Source: Sedimentisphaerales bacterium (GTDB lineage: Bacteria > Planctomycetota > Phycisphaerae > Sedimentisphaerales > SM23-30). Taken from it: a DNA stretch of 64,000 nt. Each line of letters starts with the position of its first letter. The first letter of the stretch is position 1. A program made the position numbers and the translations under genes. This document shows, one piece after another, positions 29,661 to 41,590 of this stretch. The stretch lies in NCBI GenBank assembly GCA_963663805.2, contig CAXXMR010000020.1, positions 32,001 through 96,000 on the forward strand, read 5' to 3'. A model generated the notes under the pieces. That model saw only the letters and a program-made list of their open reading frames with translations. It did not search any database and was not told the origin of the DNA.

Positions 29661-32600
29661 ATGGGCAGTCCTGCGGAAAATATAGCTTCGGTACAGTGTG
29701 AACCGGGTAGCAACTGTAATCTGCTGCAATATTCGATTCTACGTATAGCTGTGCGGGTCAATCACCGCCAGCCGGGCGCGACCGGCTCCTGCCGCGTGGT
29801 GATTCGGACCAATCTGAATCAGGCCCACCGGATAAGGCGGCAGATAATCGACCTGGTCGAACGCGGTCAAAGCTATTCCACCGATTACTACGATATCCCC
29901 GCAACTTACGACCCTCAAACCGACGCCTGGACCATCGAAATCCTCCTTAGCGAAGTAGGTTATTTTGAGTTTAAAGCGCGGGTAGAGTCGGCTGAGCCTA
30001 CCAAACCGTGGGTACGCTGGTCGGACGGGCCCAATACGGGGATTACGGTTACTCCGCTGGATTATGCCCGGAATAATTCGATATATTGTGCGTTTATTCG
30101 TCAGTATACGGATAAAAAGCATTTACCGGACCTCAAAGACGAGGTTTTGGAAGAGTCAATCAAGGAACTGGAGGACCAGGGGGCTTATGTGATACCGCCG
30201 GGCGGGAATTTTCTGAATTTCATGTCTGAACTGCCGTTTATCATTCAGGATATGGGGATGAAGATAATCCACCTGCTGCCGATAAATCCGGTGCCGGTGG
30301 CTTATGGGCGGATGGGTATGTACGGCAGTCCCTACGCGACGACGGATTATTTTGGGATCGATCATACCTACGCCAAGTTCAGCCGTTATAAGACGATTGA
30401 GGACCAGTTTATCGATTTGACCTCGACGATTCACGGGCTGGGCGCGAAGGTTTTTCTGGATATGGTGATAAATCATTCCGGCTGGGCCAGCACGGTGCAT
30501 TTTACGCATCGCCACTGGCGCAAGGTGGGCAAGGACAAGAAGATTGTTTCGCCCGGTGCCTGGGGGGTGGTCTGGGGCGACCTGGTTGAGCTGGATTATC
30601 GGCATAAGGATTTGTGGCAGTATATGGCGGGGATGTTCCTGGCGTGGTGCCAGCGGGGAATTGATGGTTTTCGGCTGGACGCCGGCTATATGGTGCCGCT
30701 GGAGGTCTGGCGGTATATTATCGCGAAGGTTCGAGAGGAGTTTCCCAATACGCTGTTTCTGCTGGAGGGTTTGGGTGGTCCGTGGGCAACAACGGAACTG
30801 CTGCTGACCGAAGGTCAGATGAACTGGGCGTATTCGGAATTGTTCCAGAATTACAGCCGGGGTCAGATAGTTGATTATCTGGGTTATGCCCAGCGGGTTT
30901 CGGCGCAGAAAGGTGTTCTGATACACTATGCTGAGACGCATGACAATGACCGGCTGGCGAAAAAAGGCAAGGCTTATGCCCGGATGCGGGTTTATCTTTG
31001 TGCGTTGACATCGTTCAGCGGGGCCTGGGGTTTCACTAACGGGGTGGAATGGCTGGCGACCGAGAAGATTGATGTGCATCGCAATATGGGATTGAACTGG
31101 GGCAGTGAGGATAATCTGGTAAGCGATATTGCTCGGCTGAACCATATTCTGTCGGAGAATCCGGCGTTCTGGTACGCTGATAATATGCGGGTTATCGATG
31201 CCCATCACGGTGATATTCTGGCTTTTGTGCGTTCGGATGAGAATGACAGCAATGTGGTATTGTGCCTGATAAATCTGAATGTTGAGCAGGAGAGTTATTT
31301 CCGAGTTGATTTCAAGTCGGTTCTGCCGGAGAAGTCGCGTGGGCCCGAAGCTATATTGCGGGACATGGTATCGGATACGTTTCGGGAGATGCCCGCAGGT
31401 GAGGTGCTGGAAGGTGTTCTTTCGCCGGGCGATTGTCTGGTATATCGTATGCAGAAAACCGCTCAGCCCTATTCGCCGCGGATACCGTCTCTGTTTGGGC
31501 TGGACTATGACCAGATTTCACTGATATACCGGATTCTGCTGGAGCGGTTCAAGCCCTATGAGGTGGGCCAGATTGACCAGGAGAAACTGCTGACGCAGGT
31601 GCGGGATTATCGCAAGTTTATCGCACTGGTGAATACGGTGCGGCTGAACCGTTTGATAAAAGGGGACATCGCTGAGGCGATGGCGGAGATTAACCCGGAG
31701 ACGATCGATTTGTATTGTGCGATCTGGACTTTCCGGGAGAGTTCGCGTGAGTTTTATTATTTCGGGTGACAAGTGGCTGATGGTGCATACTTTTGTACCG
31801 TGTACGGCTTATCTGCGGACCTCGGAACGATAGTCTGACGATGGAGTCGATACCGGTGCCCGGACGGGCTGGGGCATCTGACGTTTTTTTTCCGCCCTGT
31901 CCGGCGAATGAAACGGCGTTTCTGACGTTCAACTGGAAGATACAGCATGGTTCGATGATTCAGCGTCAGTGGCAAGGGCCAGGAATATCCGATTTTGTAT
32001 GTCCCTTCGGGCAAACGCAAGGCCCGGATGCAGCGGAAAGTTTATCCGTTGGAGCTGGAAAAGCCGGGTATGCAGAACCGGGAATATCCGACGGTGCTGC
32101 TGACGAACGGGCGGGGGATTATCTCGCAGTGTCCAGCGATGCCGGGGATTCTGAACAGCAAATACGATACAATCTTCGCGATTTCCCCGGATACTGATTC
32201 GCCGACGGAGCGGGTTTCGCTGGGCAGAATGGTGCGGGAGACGGTTCAGGTCGGTCAGAAGTATTTCGACCTGGACGGCAGCTTCGTGACGAAATTTACG
32301 CGTTATCCGCAGCCGATGTGGGAATTTGTTTATGATGACGGGGAATATTATTTGCGTATCGAACGCTGGATGATAATGGCCCATGATGAGAATACGCTTT
32401 ATTTGCGTTATAAGCTGGTCGAGGCCAATACGCCGATAGTTTTTATCGTCAAGAGTTATATCGAATGCCGCAGTCCGCATAACAATCTTTCGGCGAACGA
32501 TATGCGTCAGAGTGATTACGGCAGGTCGTGCCGGCGGATGGAGGGGCAGGTTGGCTATCAGTTCACGGCCGATGCCGAATGTGACTTTGTCGGTGCTGGC

Positions 32601-34145
32601 CCGGCGGGGTGATTTTCTGGCAGAGCCGCACTGGTTGAAGGGTGAGTCAATCAAGCAGGATGCCGAACGCGGTCTGGCCGACCACAACCGACGCTTACAG
32701 TCCGGGTATATTCACCGCCGAGCTTCATCGTTCCGAGAGTCAGGGTGATTACTTTGACGGCGGATGCTCTGGCAGGTGCGAATCTGAGTACGCACCGGGC
32801 TATGACTGCTGAATCTAAGCGTTTGAAGGATTTGGCTTCTCAGGTTTCGGCGGGTGGGGGCTCGCAAAGACAATTATGTAAGAATGCTGATTGGGGCGCT
32901 GGACCAGTTTATCGTAAAGACCAAACGGGGTTATCAACTGGTGGGCGGTTATCCGTGGCTGCCGGTGGGTACTCGTCAGGCTTTGCATTGTGTGGGCGGT
33001 TTGCTGGCGGCAGGGCGGGAGGATGTCGCTCGTGACGTGATTTTGCAGTCGGCAGGGACTGTTAAGGATGGTATGGTCGGCGATTGGATTAGCGGTGCCG
33101 AGCAGGGCTGGACCAATGTTGAAGGCACGCTTCGGCTTTTCCTGGCCGCGAGTGAATACGTGCGTCATACCGAAAACGATTCCATCTGGGGACGCTACCG
33201 CGGGGCTGGATAAGTGTCTGCGGAGTGTGCTTGTCGAAATGTTTGAGGTGCTCAGTCAGAGCTATGTTGCCGGTGAAAAGCCGCGGGTTTCTCTGGATGA
33301 TGACAGCGGATTATTATATTCCCCGCCGGGTGGCACCTGGATGAATACAACTTATCCGCAATCCTACACCGCGGGGTGGTTATTCGGTGGAGATTCAGGC
33401 GTTGTGGTATGAGGCATTGGCAGTGATAGCTGAGCTTAGCGGAGCCCATACTGAAAAGGCCGAGGGGATACGGGAAAAACTGCGTCAGAAATTTATGCCG
33501 CTGTTCTGGAATCAGCCGCGTGGTCATCTGGCTGATGTGCTTTTGGCTAACCCGGCTTTGCCGGTGGGCAGAGCGTTGGTTGATACTTCGCTGCGTTTCA
33601 ATCAGCTTTGCCGCCATCAAGTATGGGCTGGTATCGCGGGAGCAGGCGAGGCAGATTGTCGATGGTATTGCTCGTCATTTACTCATTCCGGGCGGGATAC
33701 GTTCGCTAGCGGAAGAGCCGGTAACGGTGCCGCTGCGGATAACTGGCGAAAACGGTGTGTTACTGAACGACCCGCGTATGCCGTATTGCGGGATATGCAC
33801 CGGCGACGAGACGGCCCGGCGGATGGCTTATCATAATGGTACTGCCTGGCCGAGTGCATTCCCTGATTTTATCGAAGCACGGGCGGCGGTTTTCGGCTAT
33901 TCGCATCTGGCGGTCAAGCAGGCACTGGCGTTTTTTGAGCCGGTCTGGTCGCATCTGGAATACCTCCGGCATTGGCACGCTTTCGGAAATGCTGGACGGG
34001 CAGTTATCCCCATATCTCCAGAGGCTGCTATGCCTACAGCGTGGCGGTGGCGGAAACTTTGCGGGTGTATATTGAGCTGAAATACCGCCAGAACCATCAT
34101 GGCGAACACGCGGTGGTGCTTTCGACCGAAGATTTGAGTCTTTGA
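29661..34145 (+). pseudogene. Glycogen debranching enzyme-like protein (GH13 alpha-amylase + amylo-alpha-1,6-glucosidase), multiply frameshifted after about 31750
   Basis: IHLLPINP, GSPYA, DMVINH, DGFRLDAG, ETHDN; later fragments LLTNGRG, GYPW, TWMN, EIQALW, AYHNGTAWP in different frames. Confidence 0.85.
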
Positions 34146-34214
34146 TTTTTAGTTAGATTCCGTTTACCATTGCTCTTTTGCTTAACGGAAACCTGATAGT
34201 AGAAGAGTGGATTT

Positions 34215-35383
34215 ATGTACGTAGTGTTTTTGGCGATGGTCGCGGCGGTGCCGGCTTTGGCGACGGATATGTATCTGGGGGCGATACCGGGGGATTGCTC
34301 AGCAGTGGGGTTGTCCTGAGTCGCGGGTTCATTTGTCGCTGATATTCTGGTTCCTGAGCTTTTGCGTTTTTTCTGCTGGTTTGGGGGCCGGTTTCAGATA
34401 AGTACGGCAGGCGTCCCGTACTGGTGGGCGGGATGACTTTGTTTGTCGGTGCGACATTTTTGTGTTCGTTTTCACAGAGTGTGACAGAGCTGGTTTTGTT
34501 TCGTGTTTTTCAGGGGATGGCCGCGGCGGCTCCTTCGGCGATGTGTATGGCCATTTGCCGTGATAAATACGAAGGCCACATGCGTAAAAAGATTCTGGCC
34601 TATATAAGCATTATCCTCGGACTGACCCCCATGATCGCGCCCATGATAGGGGCTCTGATATTGAAGTACAAGCGTGTGGCAGAATATTTTTTGTAGCTCA
34701 GGGACTGTTCGCTTTGATAACCTGGGCGGCTATAACGCGTTTTAAGGAAACGAATCTGGGATAAGTTTCAGGGCAGTTTGCCCAGGGCATTTCTGCGTTA
34801 TTACAATCTGGTTCTTAATAAGCGATATATGCTGTGCAATAACGCGTTGGGTCTGATAGCGGGACCGTTTTTTGGTTTCCTGGCGTTTTCCTCAATTGTC
34901 TATATCAGTATTTACGGCCTCACCGAGCAGACCTTTGGCTATCTTTTCGGCCTGAACGCCTTGTCCGCGATGGCGGGCGCTTTTGTCTGTACACGACTGA
35001 CGAATCGTATTTCCGATGTAAAGCTGCTGACGATATGTTTTGTCGGCTGTGCCGCGGGCGGGTTGGGGCTGCTGCTGTTTGGGCGGGTTCATTACCTGTG
35101 TTTTACCCTGTTTATGTGTCTGATAACCTTTTTCGCGGGCATGTCACGCCCGATGAGCACGAATATTATCCTGGAGCAGGTGCAGGCGGATATTGGGACG
35201 GCATCTTCGTTTATCGTATTTTACCAGTTTGTCGTTGGTGCTGTTTGCATGTCGATAGTATCGCGTCCCTGGGAAAATCCGATACGGGTCTTTTCCTTGC
35301 TGACACTGATAGTGCCGCTGATAGTGCTAGCGACCTGGCCGATGCTTTTGGGTATGTTGAGGCGGAGCGGACAGGAGTTTTAG
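34215..35383 (+). pseudogene. Bcr/CflA-like MFS efflux transporter, frameshifted
   Basis: PALATDMYL start, SDKYGRRPVL motif A, TM helices split across frames. Confidence 0.85.
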
Positions 35384-35596
35384 GAGATGCCTGATGGATA
35401 GGTCATTGTTCAGGCAAATTAAAGGTGTTGAGTATTAAGTATTAATTTATTATTCTGTAGATAGTTACAGTCAAGTTATCAAATCATTTTTTTTCGCGGT
35501 GGGCCCAAATTTGATTGACACGGTGGCAGGGGGGGGTCTATAATGCCTCATCGGTCCGATAATGTTTTATTGCTGTTTTTTTATGGAGATTTTGCG

Positions 35597-37199
35597 ATGA
35601 AAAGAGGGTTGAAAATTCTGGTGGTTGCTTGTTGTTTGTTTTGCGGTTAATCCCCTTGGGGCTCTTTGTCCGACGATGGACTTTACCGGCGATTGCCGCG
35701 TCGATTTGGAGGATTTTGCCCTCTTTGCCGCGCAGTGGCTGGATGAGGGCATCCCTTCGGACCCGGCCCAGATGACCTGGGTGTCCATCTCTGACCCCGG
35801 CGTTGTCGGCCAGGAAGGTTTTATCGGTGAGATGGGCAAGTATGAAGTCAGCAATGACCAGTATTGTGCGTTCCCTTAATGCCGCGCTGATTACTGAAGA
35901 CATTGTTGTGGAGGGTACTTATGTCAAAAGGGGCCACGGGCACGAATCCAGGCGTGGATTTTGCGGGCCAAAATTATTACGACTTGTCGGGAGCTGGGTT
36001 ATACCGTCAATGGAGCTGTTAACGGCGGGGCGGCCAGAATTAACTGGACCGGTACTTCTTTTACCGTTGATGCCGGTTTTGAGAACCACCCGGTGACCTA
36101 CGTAAGCTGGTACGGCGCGACGTCTTTTGCCGGCTACTATGGGTATCGGTTGCCCTCTGAGTGGGAATGGCAGGCCGTTGCTGACTTTGATGGTACTTAC
36201 AACTACGGCTGCGGGACTACCATCAACAACAGCATCGCAAACTATTATTCTTCAGCCCATCCGGATGGTACAAGTGTGGGCGGTGCCTTTGGGGTATATG
36301 GCTATGGCCTGGCTGATATGGCCGGCAATGTCTGGGAATGGACTTCATCTCCCTACGGCAGTAATCTTTATGCCCTTCGTGGAGGCTTCTGGACGGCCAG
36401 CCCAAGTAGCTGTGATGTCTCTTTTCAACACAGTGACAGTTCGAGCAGTACCATTTACAATATCGGCTTTCGTGTCTGCCGTATGCCCGAACCTGACCTG
36501 ACTTGGATTTTTGTTGATGAGGCCAACTTTAGTGGTGCTATCAGCAAGTACGAAATCACCAACGCTCAGTATTGCCGATTCCTCAACGCCGCTCTGACTT
36601 CGGGCGACATTACGGTTGATGAGGAGGAATCTATTGTTTATGGGGCCGCTGGTTCCAATTCCGGCACGGATTTTGTAGGAGAGTACTATTACAACTTCAA
36701 CGGTGTGGGCTGGTCGATAGACGGTGCAACCTTGGGCGGTTCGTCAAGAGTCCTTTACGGCAATGGGATGTTCTACGTTGATAACGGCTATGATGATTTT
36801 CCGGTGACCTTTGTCAGTTGGTATGGCGCGACGGCGTTCTGTGAATATTACGGCCTGCACCTGCCCAGCGGGGCCGAGTGGCAGGCTGTCGCCGATTATG
36901 ACGGTACTTACAACTACGGTTGCGGAGTGACTATCAGTAATAGTATCGCTAACTACGAAGGTTCGACCCATCCTGAGGGGACTAGCGTTGGCGGAACTTA
37001 TGGGGTTTACGGTTACGGCATAGCCGACATGGCCGGAAATGTCAGTGAGTGGATTACGGATGTCCCCTATAACCCGGAGAGTCGGTATGTGCTGGGTGGG
37101 GCCTGGAACAGTATTGGTATCTATTGCCAGATTTTTAATTGGGGTTCTATGGGCATCGACTACATGGGGCCGCATATAGGTTTCCGTCCCTGCTATTGA
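35597..37199 (+). CDS. Secreted FGE-sulfatase (SUMF1/C-type-lectin fold) protein: N-terminal dockerin-like motif and two tandem FGE domains; 5' part frameshifted
   Basis: DFTGDCRVDLEDFALFAAQWL; two copies of KYE..N.QYC, PVT.VSWYGA, LPS..EW, DMAGNV.EW, GFR. Confidence 0.85.
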
Positions 37200-37223
37200 G
37201 TTTTATTTTAGAAGATGTTAATG

Positions 37224-37260
37224 AGCCGCCGATTCGGGTTTTCCGGGTCGGCGGTTTTTT
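37224..37260 (+). terminator. Intrinsic terminator / hairpin after the FGE gene
   Basis: GCCGCCGATTCGG...CCGGGTCGGCGGT followed by T tract. Confidence 0.75.
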
Positions 37261-37281
37261 ATTGGATATTTTGCCGGAAAC

Positions 37282-38820
37282 CTATTTGCCCGTATAGCCG
37301 GAATATTCTTCCATGTCGGTTTGATTGCTAAGCAGAGGCAACTCAGCCTGGAAATATTTATTGAGGATAATCCGGAAGGTATTGACCGGGGTAAGGTCTT
37401 CCGGAAGAGTGCTGTAGCCAGTATCGGGGAAATATACGGCATTGAGGATGTATGAGGCGGTTTCGGTGGGGGTGTTCATCAGGTCGCCGGATTTCAGCAT
37501 GACGCGGTTGCCGTGGTCGGCCTGGAATATGATGATAGGCTTGGGGCCGGGGCGGTTTTGCAGGGACTCGATAATATCCATTACGCGCGAGTTGGTGTAG
37601 GTAATCTGGTTGAGGTAGAGGCGGATATATTCATCGAGTTCGGCCTGTTGGTTTTCGGTTGCCTGAAGGTCGTCGTGCAGGGTGAAATCCTTGAAGGTGG
37701 CAACTTCGCCGCCCTGAGCATCGAAAACAAAAGGCGGGTGGGGGCAAAGTACATGGGCGAAGACCAGGGCGGGGCTGATATTTTCGGGCATGTCGGCCAG
37801 GGTGTTGAATGTATTGAGGACACGCTGTCGGTGCCATTTGAAGCCCAGACCGCGGGTACTCGACAGGGCCGAAAGCGGGGTGGTATTGAGCAGTAACTGT
37901 TCGTATTCGTTCAGGGCGTAGGGGTCGGGGTTGAGAATGCGGTTGCTGTTGGGCATTTCGGTGCAGTAAAAGCCGGTGGGGAAGGTTATGGTTTGATAGC
38001 CGAATGGCTTGAGGAAGCCAAACAGCCGATTGTGACGGATAAGGTTGATGAGGTCTTTGACCGTGTGTTCGCCGGATTGGAGGTTGTCCAGATAATCAAA
38101 ATTCAAACTGCTGCAAAGCGATTTTTCCGTGAAGATATAATTTGACCTGCTTTGGTGAGCGACGAAAAACCTTTTGCTTTCGAGCAGGTTTATAAAATCG
38201 GAGTTGTCATAGCCGAAAACATCACGCAGCACGTCGTCGCGGCTGTATCCGTCGAGGATAATATAGTAAATGTCGGGAAGCATTTCGGGCTTAGCGAGAG
38301 TGGAAGCATCTGGCGTGAGTGTTTCAGCCTGGGTGGTGTGCGGTTTTTGCAGGTTGGTGAAAAACAGGCTCAGGGTCGGTATCAGCACGATGGTGAATGA
38401 CATTACGTTGAGCAGGCGGGTGAGTATATCGAATTTTTTTTTACTGAACCACAAGCAGACAAGAATCGCCAGAGTTGCCAGGGTGAAAATCGGCAACAGG
38501 TAAGTGTGCGTGCCGAGTATTTTGCCGAAAAGGTTGATTTGTCCCAGGCCGTGCTGACGCAGGTAGAAACGCAGATGACCGTAGGAGAAAAATGTGATGA
38601 TACAGGCTGAAAGCGCCAGGGCGGCTTTGAGATGATTGCGATAGATGATTTTTGCCAGGAGCCATAACAACGTAATTCCGCCGAGGATTATTAGTAACGG
38701 GCGGATTATCTGGTCGGCGGTTACCTGGTCGAGATTATGGCTGTAGAGAAAAATTATGGGGAACAGTACCAGACAGACCGGGTGAAAGGGCCGGATTTTG
38801 GCGGCTTTTTTTTCAGCCAT
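37282..38820 (-). CDS. Membrane-anchored alkaline phosphatase/sulfatase-superfamily protein (LTA synthase-like architecture)
   Basis: About 5 N-terminal TM helices; PDIYYIILDGY, HVLCPHPPF, IIIFQADHG. Confidence 0.85.
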   Translation of the reverse strand: MAEKKAAKIRPFHPVCLVLFPIIFLYSHNLDQVTADQIIRPLLIILGGITLLWLLAKIIYRNHLKAALALSACIITFFSYGHLRFYLRQHGLGQINLFGKILGTHTYLLPIFTLATLAILVCLWFSKKKFDILTRLLNVMSFTIVLIPTLSLFFTNLQKPHTTQAETLTPDASTLAKPEMLPDIYYIILDGYSRDDVLRDVFGYDNSDFINLLESKRFFVAHQSRSNYIFTEKSLCSSLNFDYLDNLQSGEHTVKDLINLIRHNRLFGFLKPFGYQTITFPTGFYCTEMPNSNRILNPDPYALNEYEQLLLNTTPLSALSSTRGLGFKWHRQRVLNTFNTLADMPENISPALVFAHVLCPHPPFVFDAQGGEVATFKDFTLHDDLQATENQQAELDEYIRLYLNQITYTNSRVMDIIESLQNRPGPKPIIIFQADHGNRVMLKSGDLMNTPTETASYILNAVYFPDTGYSTLPEDLTPVNTFRIILNKYFQAELPLLSNQTDMEEYSGYTGK

Positions 38821-40228
38821 GCTTTTTGCTCCGCATAAGGTAGAGAGTGCGTTTGGATTCGTCGATAGGCTGCCGATGGATTATCTCGAACGATTGGCCA
38901 AAGGCGTCTTCGAAGCTGGGCTGGTCGTAGTTGCCGAAAATATCTTCCCGACTGGCCAGCAACCGCTGAACCTGTGAATCCTCTTTAGGTACGAACTCGA
39001 TAATAAGATGCCGCGATACTTCAGCCAGGAAATCGACGATTTTCGCGAAGGGCAGATTATTTGAAATCGCTAAATGATGAATCAACGCCAACGCCATCAC
39101 CGCGTCAGCTGGCCCTTGTTCTATAAAAGACGCTCTTTCGCGGTTTTCCCAGCCCAACGCGCCGCAGGGGTTGGTCAGGTCGAGTATCAAGGGCAAAATC
39201 CGTGTGTTATTTTCGTTCCGGCATTTTAGGTAATGCTTTTCTACCGCAACCGGATCTATGTCAAAGGCAACCGTATAAGAACCCGCTTGAGCGGCTATTT
39301 CGCTGAATACTCCTTCGTTGGCACCGATGTCCCAGGTGATTTTGGGGGAAATTTCGCGGAGATATTTCTCGGCCAGCTCCATTTTACGCTTCATAGCGGT
39401 CTGGTTGTAGTTTGTCTGCTGGTAATAATCACCCCATTCGGTATCAGCCAGTTGCCATTTCAGTTTTTCGACAGATGTTTTGAGGCTGTCGATTAGCCCC
39501 AGCCACGCGGTTTTACTTATCTTCCGTAAGGGAGCTTTTGTTTTGCTTTGGGCGTTGTCGGCGTATCGCTGCTGGCTGCGGGCGTGCAGAATAATGTGCA
39601 TTAGCAGCGACAAATTCAGCCGAGCCTTAAAAGGCAGCAGTTTCGCCGCCAAATCCAGAGGAATTCCGTCGATATAACTGTTCTGCAGATGCCCCAGGCG
39701 AATATCGCACATACTCATCAAGGCCAGCGGAGTCAGAAAATGTCGGCAGAACTGCTGATAACCCTGCCACGGTTGGCCTGTCTGATAAGCCGTGAAAGAA
39801 AGGGTATCGATAAAAGTCGCCTTACTGCCCAGAAACTGAATATTGTAAGCGGTGCTGTCCTTGAGGGTCATGCCGCAATCGAAGGACTCACGCAAAATTG
39901 TCAGAGTCGTAAGGGCCGCATCTTTTAGCTGAGTGAAACACCATTGGCCGGGCCAGGAAACAAAAGGGACATTCACAGGCCGGAGAATCTTGTAAGCCTG
40001 AGAATTATTTTCGCTATCAAAAGCGATTTCCTCATGCCCGATTAACAAATTACTCTCGCTCAACCTGTTGTATAAACCTGATTCAATCAGCTTATCGTAG
40101 TCGGTCCGATAACATTGATTGACCTGGCGAAAAATCTGCGAGTCTTGGCGATATACAAATCCACAGGGGTCGCGAAACGAGCCAGCCAGCGCCAACCGCT
40201 CCTGGGATAAATTAGTCATTTTGGTCAT
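38813..40228 (-). CDS. NoeA-like SAM-dependent methyltransferase with kinase-like N-terminal part
   Basis: GSFRDP, LKDSTAYNIQF, FIDTLSF; WDIGANEG; LALIHHL; EFVPKED. Confidence 0.85.
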   Translation of the reverse strand: MTKMTNLSQERLALAGSFRDPCGFVYRQDSQIFRQVNQCYRTDYDKLIESGLYNRLSESNLLIGHEEIAFDSENNSQAYKILRPVNVPFVSWPGQWCFTQLKDAALTTLTILRESFDCGMTLKDSTAYNIQFLGSKATFIDTLSFTAYQTGQPWQGYQQFCRHFLTPLALMSMCDIRLGHLQNSYIDGIPLDLAAKLLPFKARLNLSLLMHIILHARSQQRYADNAQSKTKAPLRKISKTAWLGLIDSLKTSVEKLKWQLADTEWGDYYQQTNYNQTAMKRKMELAEKYLREISPKITWDIGANEGVFSEIAAQAGSYTVAFDIDPVAVEKHYLKCRNENNTRILPLILDLTNPCGALGWENRERASFIEQGPADAVMALALIHHLAISNNLPFAKIVDFLAEVSRHLIIEFVPKEDSQVQRLLASREDIFGNYDQPSFEDAFGQSFEIIHRQPIDESKRTLYLMRSKKHG

Positions 40229-40424
40229 GGGAACGTTTCAGCAGAGAGGTGAAGAAGCCTTTGATATTGCCCCAGAACATCTTGATTGAAAACAATGCAC
40301 CCACAAAAGCGGCACAGAGAGCCTGGAAAATCATACTGCCGGTGCCAGGATCGAGGTAGGCCCAAGCGTAAGTAGGAGTAACGGCCAGTAAAATCAAACT
40401 CAATAGCAGGGCATGTTTAAACAT
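40212..40424 (-). CDS. Small membrane protein with AYLDPGTGS motif
   Basis: Signal peptide, YLDPGTGS, TM helix; overlaps the methyltransferase start. Confidence 0.8.
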   Translation of the reverse strand: MFKHALLLSLILLAVTPTYAWAYLDPGTGSMIFQALCAAFVGALFSIKMFWGNIKGFFTSLLKRSHDQND

Positions 40425-40846
40425 AGTATTACCTTTAATGTGTTGTTCTACCTAATCAATTTCGACGTTGATAGGGTGTTTACTTTAATGATAAGGGAGG
40501 GTTAGGGCGGAGCTTTGACGGGCTATTGGATAAAGGGTGTTAAGAATCTTAATCCTGAATCTCCCAGATTAACAAAATCCCCAATTTCTTCCGAAAAACG
40601 CCCGTGTAACGTCCGATAAAAGTAAAAATAGGTAAACTTGGTAATTTGGGTAAAATTTTTAATGGTTTTTCGCTCCTCCAGACGATATCTTCATTGTCGC
40701 GGGTAATGAGGCCCGGGTATTAAGGCCGGCCGACACGAAACAGGCCGGCAATAAAAGTAAGTAAGCAAAAAGGATTATTGCTATTTAATTGCCTGACAAA
40801 GAGTTAAGGATAACATCTTGACGGGCCCTGGCTGAGGAATGAGCTG

Positions 40847-41569
40847 ATGGATTTCGAATTAACCAAAATGCGTTACGTTGAGAAGCTTATCGATGGCGAC
40901 CGTATCGGATGCCGCACTATTTTGGGCGAAGCTCTCCAGACCGGAACTCCCGCAAATGTAGTCTATACCGACCTCCTCTGGCCCGTAATAACCGAACTGA
41001 ACAGACTTTACCGCGAACACCGCATTGATTGTGTCACCGAACATATGGCCACCAGAATCAATCGCACCCTCGTTGACCAGCTCCAGAGCAAACTGCCCCG
41101 CAAAGCGACCCGCAATCTGAGTATGTTAATCACCTGTGCTGATGACGAACCCGAAGAACTAGGTGCCCAGATGTGTGCTGACCTCTTCGAATCTGACGGC
41201 TGGGACGTAAAATTTGTCGGCGGCGGCGTTCCCAACGATGAGGTTCTGCGTCTGGTAGGCCGGTTCCGTCCTGATATTCTCTTTATTTACGGTACCAAGC
41301 CCAGCGGAGCGCCCGATGTTCGTCGTTTGATTGATACTATTCGTGAAATTGGTGTTTGTGAGAATATGCGGATAATGCTTTCCGGCGGGGTTTTTGCCCG
41401 TGCCGAGGGCCTCTGGGAAGAAATCGGGGCGGATCTTTTTGCTAATAGTGCTAAGGAAGCATTGAAAGTCGTTTTGACTGACCAGAGGGCTGAGCCGCAG
41501 AAGCGTAACAAACGTAATAAGAACACTACGTCTGTCGAAATTAATGAACTGGAGGCGGCTGCCGGTTGA
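40847..41569 (+). CDS. Cobalamin-binding-domain (B12-binding_2 + Rossmann) protein without HTH
   Basis: VTEHMAT cap motif, EPEELGAQM..DLF...GW, MLSGG, IGADLFA. Confidence 0.8.
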   Translation: MDFELTKMRYVEKLIDGDRIGCRTILGEALQTGTPANVVYTDLLWPVITELNRLYREHRIDCVTEHMATRINRTLVDQLQSKLPRKATRNLSMLITCADDEPEELGAQMCADLFESDGWDVKFVGGGVPNDEVLRLVGRFRPDILFIYGTKPSGAPDVRRLIDTIREIGVCENMRIMLSGGVFARAEGLWEEIGADLFANSAKEALKVVLTDQRAEPQKRNKRNKNTTSVEINELEAAAG

Positions 41570-41590
41570 TTTGGATAAGAAAAATGAGTG

